64,000 nucleotides of DNA from the human T2T-CHM13v2.0 reference genome, Homo sapiens, in NCBI RefSeq assembly GCF_009914755.1, contig NC_060936.1; one strand, 5' to 3'. The notes beneath the pieces were generated by a model. It was not told where the DNA came from. It saw only the letters and a program-made list of their open reading frames with translations, and did not search any database. Shown here one piece after another: positions 10,284-23,369 of this stretch. The position numbers were made by a program, and so were the translations under genes. The stretch's first letter is position 1. Every line of letters begins with the position of its first letter.

Positions 10284-11626
10284 TGAGAAGTGACAGCCTG
10301 CTGGCAGTCCTCACAGCCCTCGCTTGCTCTCAGCACCTCCTCTGCCTGGGCTCCCACTTTGGCGGCACTTGAGGAGCCCTTCAGCCCACCGCTGCACTGT
10401 GGGAGCCCCTTTCTGGGCTGGCCAAGGCCGGAGCCCGCTCCCTCAGCTTGCAGGGAGGTGTGGAGGGAGAGGCGCAAGCAGAACCGGGGCTGCGTGCGGC
10501 GGCGCTTGCAGGCCAGCTGGAGTTCTGGGTGGGCGTGGGCTTGGCGGGCCCCGCACTCAGAGCAGCCAGCGGGCCGGCCCTGCCAGCCCTGCCGGCCCCG
10601 GGCAATGAGGGGCTTAGCACCCAGGCCAGCAGCTGCAGAGGGTGTACTGGGTCCCCTAGCAGTGCCAGCCCACCAGCGCTGCACTCAATTTCTCACCAGG
10701 CCTTAGCTGCCTTCCCGCAGGGCAGGGCTCGGGACCTGCAGCCTGCCATGCCTGAGCCTCCCACCCACTCCATGGGCTCCTGTGCTGCCCGAGCCTCCCC
10801 GACCAGTGCCGCTCCCTGCTCCATGGTGCCCAATCCCATCGACCACCCAAGGGCTGAGGAGTGCAAACGTACGGCGCGGGACTGGCAGGCAGCTCCACCT
10901 GCAGCCCCGGTGTGGGATCCACTGGGTGAAGCCAGCCGGGCTCCTGAGTCTGGTGGGGACGTGGGGAACCTTTATGTCTAGCTCAGGGATTGTAAATACA
11001 CCAATTGGCACTCTGTATCTAGCTCAAGGTTTGTAAACACACCAATCAGCACCCTGTGTCTAGCTCAGGGTTTGTGAATGCACCAATCGACACTCTGTAT
11101 CTAGCTACTCTGGTGGGGCCTTGGAGAACCTTTGTGTGGATACTCTGTATCTAACTAATCTGATGGGGAGGTGGTGAACCTTTGTGTCTAGCTCAGGGAT
11201 TGTAAACACACCAATCAGCACCCTGTCAAAACAGGCCACTGGGCTCTACCAATTAGCAGGATGTGGGTGGGGCCAGATAAGAAAATAAAAGCAGGCTGCC
11301 CGAGCCAGCAGTGGCAACCCGCTCGGGTCCCCTTCCACACTGTGGAAGCTTTGTTCTTTCGCTCTTTGCAATAAATCTTGCTACTGCTCACTCTTTGTGT
11401 CCACGCTGCTTTTATGAGCTGTAACACTCACTGCGAAGGTCTGCAGCTTCACTCCTGAGCCAGTGAGACCGCGAACCCACCAGAAGGAAGAAACTCCGAA
11501 CACATCCGAACATCAGAAGGAACAAACTCCAGATGCGCCACCTTAAGAGCTGTAACACTCACGGCGAGGGTCTGCGGCTTCATTCTTGAAGTCAGTGAGA
11601 CCAAGAACCCACCAATTCCGGACACA
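10284..11626 (+). mobile_element. LTR12C (ERV9) solo LTR, ~1.34 kb
   Basis: Begins tgagaagtgacagc and ends ccaattccggacaca. The 4-bp TSD CTTC is at 10280-10283 and 11627-11630. GC-rich U3 and tandem caccaatcagcaccctgtgtctagctcagg units. Confidence 0.93.
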
Positions 11627-14600
11627 CTTCCTTTACAGGCACACCTTGCTCAAAGAAAACGGGATATACTAAAACATCCCGAAATGAGATGACCACCTCA
11701 CCCGCCATGATGGCACAAAATGGGATGTGCCTATATGTAGATGTCAGTATTTTCTTCTACGCTCTCCCACGGGGGCAGAGGGGAATGGAGTACAAATGTT
11801 ATCAGCAGCCATCTCTATCATAGTGTGGTATTACATTTCATTTGTAACAAATTTAAATATGATTTAGTAAGTATTCATACTCTAACTGCCTTGGTCAATC
11901 AGCAACTTTGAATTATAACAACGCTGTGTGTCATTAATCCACTCTGTTAACTGCAGAAATACAAAAGCGTCCTTAAAGCGTCCCATTATAATGGGCAGAC
12001 AGCCTGGAGAAGAAACGGCAGGCGAGCAGGGAGAGTGTGACCATGTAACGCGCAGAGCTCCACAGTGAGCGCTGGTGAGCCACTCGGAGCCCTCACAGTG
12101 GGGGACAAGGGTCTCCTGGCCTGGGGCATTTCACTGACTGTCGCTCTCCCCTTCTTCCACACTCTGTGCTGACTGAAAAGGCCCTGACATGGAGACGCCA
12201 TCTGTGCAGGGCATTCTACAGCTGTTAGGATATTCCTGAATAAGGCAGGTCCACTTGGGGCCAGGGAAACAAAACACATCTCCAAATGGCATCCAGATTA
12301 CTCAATTATTTTCTCATCAGCTCAAAAGAGTAACAATATCACTGGCTTTCTGAGGGCAAAAGAGTTTTCACGGCTGAAAAGACAGTGGTGTTTTCCATTG
12401 CGATCCTTCACTACTGAAGAGAGGTAATCATTGTGATGATGTCATGCTCCCAGTACTGTGACATGACTGAAGCCACCGAGGCATCCTGTTTAGGCTGAGG
12501 AGACCCAGCCGGGAGATGCACATAATTCAGAGGGAGAAATGGAGTTGGTCCCAAGAGGCTTAATTCAGTATCAGAGATGCTTTAGAAACATGAAGGAGCA
12601 TTCAAGACAGATCCCTAAAAGGGTCAGCGTGGCAGATGAAAGGAGAAAGGCAGGGCGTCTGCTGCAGATGAATAACGCCGCCTGCTGAGTAAGGGCACTC
12701 ACCCCATCTTAGCTGTGTGTCAGCCAGGAATGGAGGGCAGCTCATCCAGCCCGTTTGGCAAAACGCTTGCACTTTCTGTGTCAAAAGGGCATACGCTACA
12801 AATTGTGTGCTCTTTGTACTGCAGCAGTCCGTCCTGAGGCAAATCCAATTTTGTTCCTAAGCGTTGCTGAGAGCCATCCGCAATCTTACAGTATTTGCTC
12901 AACCAAAGGCGGCAAGGCCAGGACATTGGTCTTCTTCCCTCCTTGGAGATGCTGCCCACAGCTGCAGAAAATGGGGCTCCAACTGACTATCACTTCAGGG
13001 CCTGGTCACGGCTGCCAGAGGGCCAGCCCCACCCAGGTGACTTTGCACAGCTCTGCTAGTTTTTCTCCCCACAGAACGCCAGCAGAAGCAATGCAAATGG
13101 GTACCTCGAGGGTCAAAGTCCTGCTGAATAGGTTACCTTGATCAGGGCTCAAAGGTTAAGCCACACGTACAGTTTTTCCTATGGCAAATCCACTAGGTAA
13201 ATTAATTTACTGTTCACTCTACTTGTTCAGAAAGTTAATACTCAAAAAAGGCTTTTCATTCCAAATCCTATAGAGATAGGCTCTGAAGACGTGGCAAGAC
13301 AGCTTCCTGGATGGGGAAGCGCACTGCCGTCATTTCCTAGTGTCAACGTGTCTGAGGAAGGCCCGGCCTCGCCGAGTATGCTCTCCAGCAGCGTGAAGAC
13401 AAGGGGCCCTATCAACAGCTCAAGCCGAATTCCATCTTCATTCCAAAGTGCTATCCCTTCCTCTCAGGGCATTAATGTAACATGACGACATAATTCTATC
13501 CATGGACCACCTGACTTGCCCGAGCACAGTGTTCTTTCACGTTACTTACATCATTTGCTCTTGCAACCCGCCTCTGGGGAAAAGAGGACACTATCCCATG
13601 AAAAGAGAGAACATAAACCAATAAATGCATCTAAGCCTTGCCGCTTCTCCTAGCCCGCAGGTGATGTGGTGACAATCCTGACGTCTGGGGCAGATTTAAT
13701 TTCATGCAGAAATTCAGATGTTTTCCAAGTTGTGCACATCAAGTCTCTAATACTTTGAAACTGCAGAGGAAACGCAAACACAGCCCACTGAAGTAGCCTT
13801 TTGGCCCGGAAGGGAAAGCAGCGTTCCTCCAGAGTCCAGAGCACAGGGCCAGGCCGTCAGAACAGCACTGCTCGCACGGAGGCTGGATCCACTGGCTCTC
13901 GAGGGTCCACGTTAGAAAATCACACAGCTGTAAAGGCACTGCCGACCACCCAATACGGCAAAAAGACTCACTAATGACTCTTGCTCGTAATACCAGCAAA
14001 GGTTCCTAGGAAGCTGGGTGAGGGTGGGGCTTTCTGGGGCCTTAACAAAGCAGCAAGACTAGCTTAGGAAGAAAGCACAAGGTATTCCACTATGTAGCAT
14101 GTGCGTCCTGGTCCCTGGGATCCCAGCAGGTGCTCGGTCCCAGGGCCAGGGGCAGACTCACTCTCTTCCCCTGCAAGGCCAGGCTGATAGGAGTCCTCTG
14201 GGGGCCAAGTTAGCAATAGGCTATTCCTGGGAAAAAGCAGCACTTGGCTGCCAAAAACAGCTCTGATGTTACCCGTGGGAGGAACCAAGGCCAGACTTAT
14301 CTTCCCCCTTTTAAAAATATGCCTTTTCCTTTAGTGTCTCTCCTGTGTGCACATCCTCCTTGGCACAAGTTTTCATGGTCAAGCACATTTCTGATCACCT
14401 TGCATCTCTCTGACTTTCTTGGGACCAAGCCCCACTGCTCCAGAGGCCCTGCTTGGTCAGCCTGCCCTCCCCAGCGGCATCCCCCTGGGTCCCCTCGGGG
14501 CTGGTGTGCTTGTCAACACTCGGGTCCTCTAGCCCCTGGCATGGCCCAGACCCCTCCAACACGGGGCCTTTGCACACCTTGTTCCCTCTGTCTAGAACTC

Positions 14601-17017
14601 CCATGGCAAACCATCCCCTGCCCCCGCCTCATTAACTTCCATTCTTCCTGCACATCTGAACTCACGCATTACATACGTGCTGCAGATCATTTCCTACCGC
14701 TTCATAATGGCACCGAGTGGAGATCTAAACCAGAACTACACTGCGTTCGTCAAAAAGCACCTCAGCAGCATGAATCTGAACATGACCTCACCCCATCATT
14801 TCTCAATATTCCAGAAGCAATATTCCAACGTATTCCTGAGACCAATTTCTTGGACAAAAAGAAATGGAATATCTTCGGTAGGAAAGGGTCTCACCATTTA
14901 AAAATGGGAGATTGTTTCTGAGCAATCAAGAACAAACGTTATCTTTTAGTTGAACACAAAGCCTGTGGAAACAGGGTAATAATTTTAGAATCTAAAAAAA
15001 ATAGCACACTAGCACTCAGGTGGTAGCTGTGAATGAGTTATAACAAGCTCTTTTAGATTCTAGTCATGAATAAGTTATGACCCATTCACATTTGGTTCTC
15101 TCCTACCATGAACAACGGGAGCCCTGCTGCCCTCTCTGTGCACTTTTGAAAGGCCCTGACCTGGCAGCACTGCCTGGCCCTTAACAGGGCACAGTGTCTC
15201 CACGTTTGTGCACAAGGACCTCTGGGGGCTTTTCTGTGGGCACTTTCTGTACCGCTCTGGTGTACTATAGCTTAAGCGTTGCCATCAAGAAAATGAAGGC
15301 TGGCCAGAGAACAAAGGCAGCAATTGCAGTGATTAAATGTAACAGGAGGATAAAATGATTCCTAGCAGTGAGGTGGTTTTCTAAGTAGATTCATGGAGTC
15401 AGAAAACATTGAGGGTAGAAGAAATCTTCAACATCAGGCATCCAACACCCCTTTGTTTCAAGATTAAGAAACTAAGGCCCAAAGAAGATCTGCTTAACAC
15501 AATGGGACAAAAGAGACTGGAGTGGACAAACTCTTGAGATATCAGACCGTACTTGGGGCTGTATCTGAACCCTATCTTGTCACCTAAGTCATTGTGATGT
15601 CTAACTCATGGGGTGGCTTTAAGTGCTAAAAGCAACCAGGACGGGCCTGGCATAGAGTAGTGCTCAATGAATGTTAGCTATATTATTTTTATGTAAACAT
15701 TGGTCAATACTTCTATAAATATACCTCAAGATTATTTACTTAGCCAACTAGGGCATTTCCTGAATATTATCTAAGTACGGAAATGAGCTAGCAAAGAAAT
15801 TCCAATTACTTCCAAAGAGGGAAGGATAAAAGCAAATAGAAGCATTTTCTGGGACCTCTATCCTCCATTTTCACTGGAGAAGAGCCACTGGGGGAGGCAA
15901 CTAGAGAGGCAGGCAGAGCAAGGAGCCCTGAGGGACAGGAAAGCCTGCTTCTCCCTTTGAAACCATCTATAGTACTTCACGAGGCTAAAAAATGGTCCAT
16001 GGCTAATTAGGCCATCAACTCTCAATTCCAAATACCTGCTTTTAAGAAAGGACACTCACCATCTCTGAAAATGAATACTGATGTTACTCTGAATTCACAA
16101 TGAACTGGATAAATAGTTTTGCATGGTAGGACCCTATTATTCCTACTTGTACATGTATCTAAGAAATTCAATTAGTAAGTGAGCTGAATATCTCTAAAAG
16201 TTAAAGTAGCAATAAAAACGGACAACATTTCAAGGAAAGGTAAGTACTCAACAATGACTCCAGGAATATTTTGGTAAAAAGAGTAAACACGATTACAAAG
16301 TGGAAGCAAAAAGTAGAAGGCAAAGGTGCAATTATGTTTTAAAAAGATAAAACATCTTGTTGGTTAGTCATTCTTAAAGAATTAGGCTTTTTTAATCTAG
16401 CAAAAACAGGTGAGGTTGAGAGCTTAGCACAAGAGTCAGAATCGTGGGTTCCAATTCTGACCCTGCCATATCCGAGTTGCAACCTCTCTGAGTCCTCACC
16501 TTTCTCTTCTACAACATGAGAAATAATCAAACCTACATGATACAGTGACTGGGAGGGTAAAATGAGATTTTTTGTATAAAACATTTTGCAGTGTGTCTGG
16601 CTTATTGTGATAAAGTGGTAACTGAACTAAATTTGGACTCATCCAAATGCGGAAACTTTGGATGGGGATGTTTTGTGGGTTCCCCTATTCCTGGCTAAGC
16701 AGCAGACATCTTTTAATAGGCACATCTCTAAAAGCTAGAAGAGGAAAGAAAACTCCAGTAGCAACCAAAAAAAAAAAAAAAAGTCATTTTTTGCAAGATA
16801 ATCACCACACAAAATAATCTCAACGTCTGTCAAGGGGCTAGCATGGCACATCTAAAGTATGCAATAATTTAAAATAGTGTAGATCTATATTTACCGACAA
16901 GGTAATATGTCTATGATAGGTTAAGTTTGTAAACAGTATGTTAAAAATTGTATGTATATTATCACATTTTTGATATGTGTAGAAGGATATACACCAAAGT
17001 GTTAAAACATTTGTCTC

Positions 17018-17536
<519 letters not shown>

Positions 17537-19170
17537 TTACCTTTTAAAAGTTCTATTTTAGTACTATCTAAAGCTTCTTTAATGATGAACATATAGTCAG
17601 AAAAAATAAAGTTTTCTCTTAAAAAAGATAATCACTAAATATCCACTAACAAAGTAGTATCATATGTTTTAATAATATTGTTCCAGGGTAATCTTGGATT
17701 GCTAAAATTGTGATTGGTTTACCATCACCAAGAATAATTAATGGGAAGGTAGTTGTTACAAATGTAACAATTTCGTGTCCCAAAGATATGCAGAAAATGA
17801 CAATGATGAGAACTTAGGTGCCTCCCACCATGCATTATACATTCCTGTCATTCTCTGACATTATCCTTCATATGTATTTTATTTTATTAAGGCTCATCGA
17901 CAATTCTTTAGACATTGACAGCCATTTCCTTCTGAAAGAACGTGCAGCCTAACATTAAAGTCGTAATGGATGTGATTAGAGAGCCTGACAATTACACATG
18001 GAAAGAGGGTACGCAGCCTGTCTGGGAAGGCTGCAGTCACTGGAGGCCTACATGATGGACTTATTAACTGGGTTTCTCTGCACTCCGATTATCTCATACT
18101 TTAAGAGTTTCTATTTGGCTTCTATTTAAAAACCATGTCACGGGTCTGTACACTGATGAGGGCTTGGCTTTTCTGTGTGAAAATGCCTCATGAAGAAAGC
18201 AAGTCTATATTTCCGGTTGCCCACGGGTGTCTTTTAACTGGCCTGTGCAGGCCAAGATAGGCAAATACATGTGCTCCTACCATCTGTGTCGTGTGGTGCC
18301 TTCTGGGAGTGTCCTGGGCCTCATGGAAGTTTGGGTTCCTAACCGCCAGGAGGCCAGCGGGCGGCAGACCCCACCCCAGGAGGAGGGAGCACCAGCATTC
18401 CATCTCCGGACCCTCAGAGCTGGAGGGGCGATGCCCATACAGTGTCAACTCTGCACTTTCTATTCCAAAGACACAGGCTCAGGGAGAAGTTGCTTCTGGG
18501 GGAGGAGGTGACCGATGGGGCCATGGAGGTGCTGCTCAGGCCCTTCCTGCCCTCCGTGCATCCTCCTCCTGCCCTTTCTCAGCAGCCCCCAGTATGACTG
18601 CCCTCTGGGGATCACCCAAATAGCCTTGTTTCAAGAGCTAGAGCTAGTATCATTTTCAACTTAGTAGAAATGTCACTGGTACACTTCTAACAAGCTTGTC
18701 ATTTACCAAGATGATCCTGAGCCAACAATTTAAGGACACAAATATCTCCTAAGTTACTACACAAACAGTTCTAGCTAGTGATACTTTCCTTTAATGGAAG
18801 GGGAAGTAAGCAGTTCATATCCAACTGGTCTTTCCATTTCCACCTCAGATTGAGATTACTGCCAATTTTAATTGTCTACTAGTTGATAACTAAAAGATAC
18901 AGTGATCCCAAATGCCAAATCATCATTCATCCTAATGAAATAGGAAATACTTAATCTTAGCGCTTGATGACCACAATCTAAACCAAGGTCCTAGGCCAAG
19001 GAGATGTGTTCCCTTGCTTTAAAAATCTCAGTCTCTATGGTTTGCCAAACAGATGGACCAATTCACCTGACTTAACTGATAGGCCTTCTTTTATCCATTT
19101 GTGGGTCTGCCTAATTATAGTACAGGTTTTAAGGAAAGAAAGGTATTTAGTAATTGAAGCTCTATACACC

Positions 19171-19304
19171 TTTTTTTTTGGTGGGGGGGAGACAGGGTTT
19201 CTCTATGTTGCCCAGGCTTGACTCAAACTCCTGGCCTCAAGTGATCCTCCTGCTTCAGCCTCCTATGTAGCTGGGATTATAAATGCCAGACCCCTTACCT
19301 GGCT
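19171..19304 (-). mobile_element. FLAM / free Alu monomer
   Basis: T-tract followed by gagacagggtttctctatgttgcccagg...gctgggatta...cctggct; a single monomer. Confidence 0.8.
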
Positions 19305-21206
19305 CTATCCACTTTAATTTAGCCATATTTTTCCTTTATTACTTACAAAAAGTAAAAGAGTCCATGGTTTCATTACCTATAACAGGCATCAGAGAAGATG
19401 ACTGCCACTTATAAAGAGACGTTATCCTTGTGATGTGGTAGAAAGAGCTCTGCCCAGTCCCAGCCATGTCATCTTGGACAGTGTAAGAATTTAGCTATGC
19501 ATCAAGCAAAAGCAAGCCAACTCTTCCAACTTGCCCGTCTATGAAAGGGGCCCACACTGATTCCTTCCAATGAGTTGAGACAGGGAGGACATTAGAGATC
19601 TTTGAAATTATTAAAATAGTCCAACAACAGTCACTTCAGTAAATAAAGTCACCATGACCAGGCATTTAATTTTAGTACTTACATACCTTCTGGTGATCAA
19701 TAATCAGATATTTGTTGTTATTGAACATTTATTTATTTGGAATAACACAGCCTAAGTACCAATATTTTTAAAAGATAAACTTATATTTTTAAGAGGGCAT
19801 TTACCATTTTCCTAGATCATTTCCTAGAGGTTTTTTTCTGTTTTGTTTTTTGATGGCTTCAGCACGTCCATGTAAGGGTGTTTGACCTCTGACTTTCCAT
19901 CTAGTGATCTGAGAGCTCCAGCGTGGATTATTCAGTTCAAGCGTCCTCTCCGCAAACTTCCTGTGCTGCGTAGAATAGGTGAGGCACGCTTACTGACGGC
20001 ATTTATGACTGACCCCCATAAAGTTCTTCCCACTCACAATCACTCTTTATTATGTCAGGGAACAAGAGAATTCCCAGAATCGTATGTTTCAGCTCTCTGG
20101 GAAATCACGCATTAAGTTCCAGGGGAAGGGAAAAGCTTCCCACAAAACAGCTATCCATTAAGAATGTCTGTTGTTTAAAATGCACCAGCAATTCTAACAT
20201 CCAGAGACCAGTGAGAGAACGGTAGAAGGCAAATAGGTGTTACTTTAGGGCTGTCTTTGCAACCAAATTTTGATCATCGTAGATAAATGAGCCATTAGTG
20301 CATTAACCCAGTCAAAATAAATGAAAACAAATAATGACAAGTAAAATAAGGGGCAGGACAACTGTATTTCATAGATTATTTATCAGCTGTGGGAGGAGAG
20401 TGAAATAAATTGGGGAAGGTAGAAAATCACTACATCTGATATTCATTAGGATTTTTCAGAGAATGAGAGGCAATCCAGTATTTTCTTATTCTTACTGTCC
20501 TTGCCTTGTTAAAGGTCATCATTTTTCATTTGCACTTTTTCCATTTGTACAACTGACTTTGTTTTTTCCTCTTATATTTGACCTTGTGCCCCCATAATGG
20601 GGTTAATTATAATCCTTGGTTCATGACACACTCTTTAAGGGCCCACTTTCATTTAGATACTTTTACAAATAAGCACCCGATGTATCCAACATTTTTGGAA
20701 CTTAGCAATTTTGGTTTAGAGTGCCCAGATTTTCCATTTGAAGTTCGAAATTCTTAGGTTGGATGTTTCAGCTTCTTCTGGTTGATCCAGCTCTGGTGAA
20801 GCCTACTGGCCAGTCAGGAGCCTGGAGAGTTTGACTTCCCAGTTTTCAGAATGCACAGGATGGTCACCTGAGGTCATACCTGGCAGCCACTGCCCTTGCT
20901 GGTTGTGGGGGAGTGTGAGGCAGCTTCCATCTTTGCAAGCAGCTGCTATGTGCACGCCCCACGATGCCTTTCAGTTGGTTCTGCCTGGCTTCTCAAGGGT
21001 GTGATCACTGCACTGTAAAGGGTGGTAACAGCAATCATGTTTGAGGATAACTGTCCTAACACATTCCCTGGGTCTAAGGCATCTGGGCAAGAAAATACTC
21101 AAGGACATTTGTTAATGAGAAGCTGAAAATCATTAATCAAAATAGTAATTATGACCATTATTTACCAAATTTCTATGCACCAGGCTTACGGATGATCACT
21201 TAATTC

Positions 21207-21517
21207 TTTTTTTTTCCTTCTTTTTTTTTTTTTTTTTTTTTTGAGATGGGGGGGTCTCGCTTTGTCGCCCAGGCTGGAGTGCAATGGTGTGATCTTGGCT
21301 CACTGCAACCTCCACCTCCCACGTTCAAGTGATTCTTGTGCCTCAGCCCCGAGTAGCTGGGATTACAGGCATGCACCACCACACCTGGCTAATTTTTGTA
21401 TTTTTAGTAGACACGGAGTTTCGCCATGGCTGGTCTCGAATTCCTGACCTCAAGTGATCTGCCCACCTCGGCCTCTGAAAGTGCTGGGATTACAGATGTG
21501 AACCACCACTCTCGGCC
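21207..21517 (-). mobile_element. AluS (Sx-like)
   Basis: Full dimer with a poly-T tail and TSD acttaattct on both sides. Confidence 0.92.
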
Positions 21518-21558
21518 TATTACTTAATTCTGAAAACAATCATGCAAGGTAGGTATGA

Positions 21559-21871
<313 letters not shown>

Positions 21872-22743
21872 AATTAAACCCATTTTTTAAAGAATGGAGG
21901 CTCAGATGAGTGAAGACACTTAACTAAACTTGCAAATCCTAAATGCATGAGCCAAATGCAGATTCTTTCCAAAGGCTGCCACCTCCTCTGCCTCGTGCCT
22001 TCCTGAAGTGCTCTCCAATTTCAAACTCAGGCTGTTTGGAACCACAGACTCTCATGGCAGCTCTGGGAGAGAAGGACGAGCTGCCTCCTCACATAAGTGG
22101 TCTGTTCTGCTGTGTCCTGTGCATTCTGGAACGTTTGGCCCAAGTGTGGCCGCTTGAGTGCAGTGGTAATGCTGCTGCTGACCTCCCTGGCGTCACTGAC
22201 TGTGGCAGGTCCCGCTGAGGCTTTCCAGGCCTTGCCTCATTACATCCTCACACCGCTCTAGGATAGGGGAACTGAGGCGTAGAGAGCTTAATCTGCCTTA
22301 TTGAGATCATACATAAACTTGGTATTTTTTTGGTGCTTTGTAGTTTCCTCTGCCCTTTTCAAGGAGGGGGAAATTGTGCCTATGACAGGCCTACATTTTT
22401 CCTGATCCTCTCGTCAGAATTCATGTTAGCTGACTTTAAAAGCATTCAATGACAAGATTTTCTGAAGAGGTAATGTTCTCTCCCTCGGTTGCACTCTGGT
22501 TGAAAGTGGATCACACAGATGAGCTGTACTGGATCCGCGAGCTATAGCGGCATAGCAGGGTAGGATTAACCCCCAGGCTCTGGATCCAGACCTCCACGGT
22601 TTGCATTCCAGTTCTGCCCTTCGTTAAGGATGCAGCCTTGGGCAAGTCACACGTAACTCCCGTGCCTTACTTCCTCATCTGCAAAATGGAAAAGCAGTAT
22701 CTACACCTCATTAGGATGTGGGGGAAGATTGAGTTTATCTGAA

Positions 22744-23369
22744 CAGATGCTGTCCAATGGAACTTTCTGTGATGATGTAAATATTCTATTCTCTGTTGTC
22801 CAATAAAGCAGCCACACCAAATGTCTGACTGCCAGGCTTGCTTTTTTTTTTGAGATGGAGTCTCACTTTGTTGACCAGGCTGGAGTGCAGTGGTGCAATC
22901 GCAACCTCGACCTCCTGGGTTTAAGCGATTCTCCTGCCTCAGTCTCCTGAGTAGCTGGGACTACCAGTGTGCACCACCACGCCCGGCTCATTTTTGTATT
23001 TTTAGTAGAGACAAGGTTTCACCATGTTGGCCAGGCTGGTTTCAAACTCCTGACCTCAACTGATCTGCCCGCCTTGGCCTCTCAAAGTGCTGGGATTACA
23101 GGTGTGAGCCACCGCATGCGGCCTTAGGTGCCAGGCTTATAGATGATCACTTAATTCTTGAAACAATCAGCAAGATAGGTATGATTATGCTGTTTTTAAA
23201 GAACTGAGGCTCAGAGATGTGACCACACTCTTCTGTAGCTGTTGCGGCCACATGTAGCTATTGAACACCTGAAATGTGGCTCATGTGTCTGAGAAATTTT
23301 TCATTTTTTGTTGGAATTAAAATGTACTGTCCCCATGAGGCTAGTGTCTACCATGTTGGGCAGCACAGA
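22744..23369 (+). mobile_element. MER3-like hAT-Charlie element, interrupted at 22816-23228
   Basis: 5' part gctgtccaatggaactttctgtgatgatg...gcagccac and 3' part gccacatgtagctattgaacacctgaaatgtggct...ttgggcagcacag. Confidence 0.7.
22842..23123 (-). mobile_element. AluS (Sx-like)
   Basis: Full dimer flanked by tgccaggctt repeats. Confidence 0.92.

Noticed and set aside
10235-11427. ORFs of 70-177 aa on both strands
   Set aside because: All lie inside the GC-rich LTR12C, with no gag/pol/env similarity.
14244-14921. 225-aa plus-strand ORF
   Set aside because: Non-ATG start, no recognisable domain, partly overlapping an L2-like relic, and antisense within an intron.
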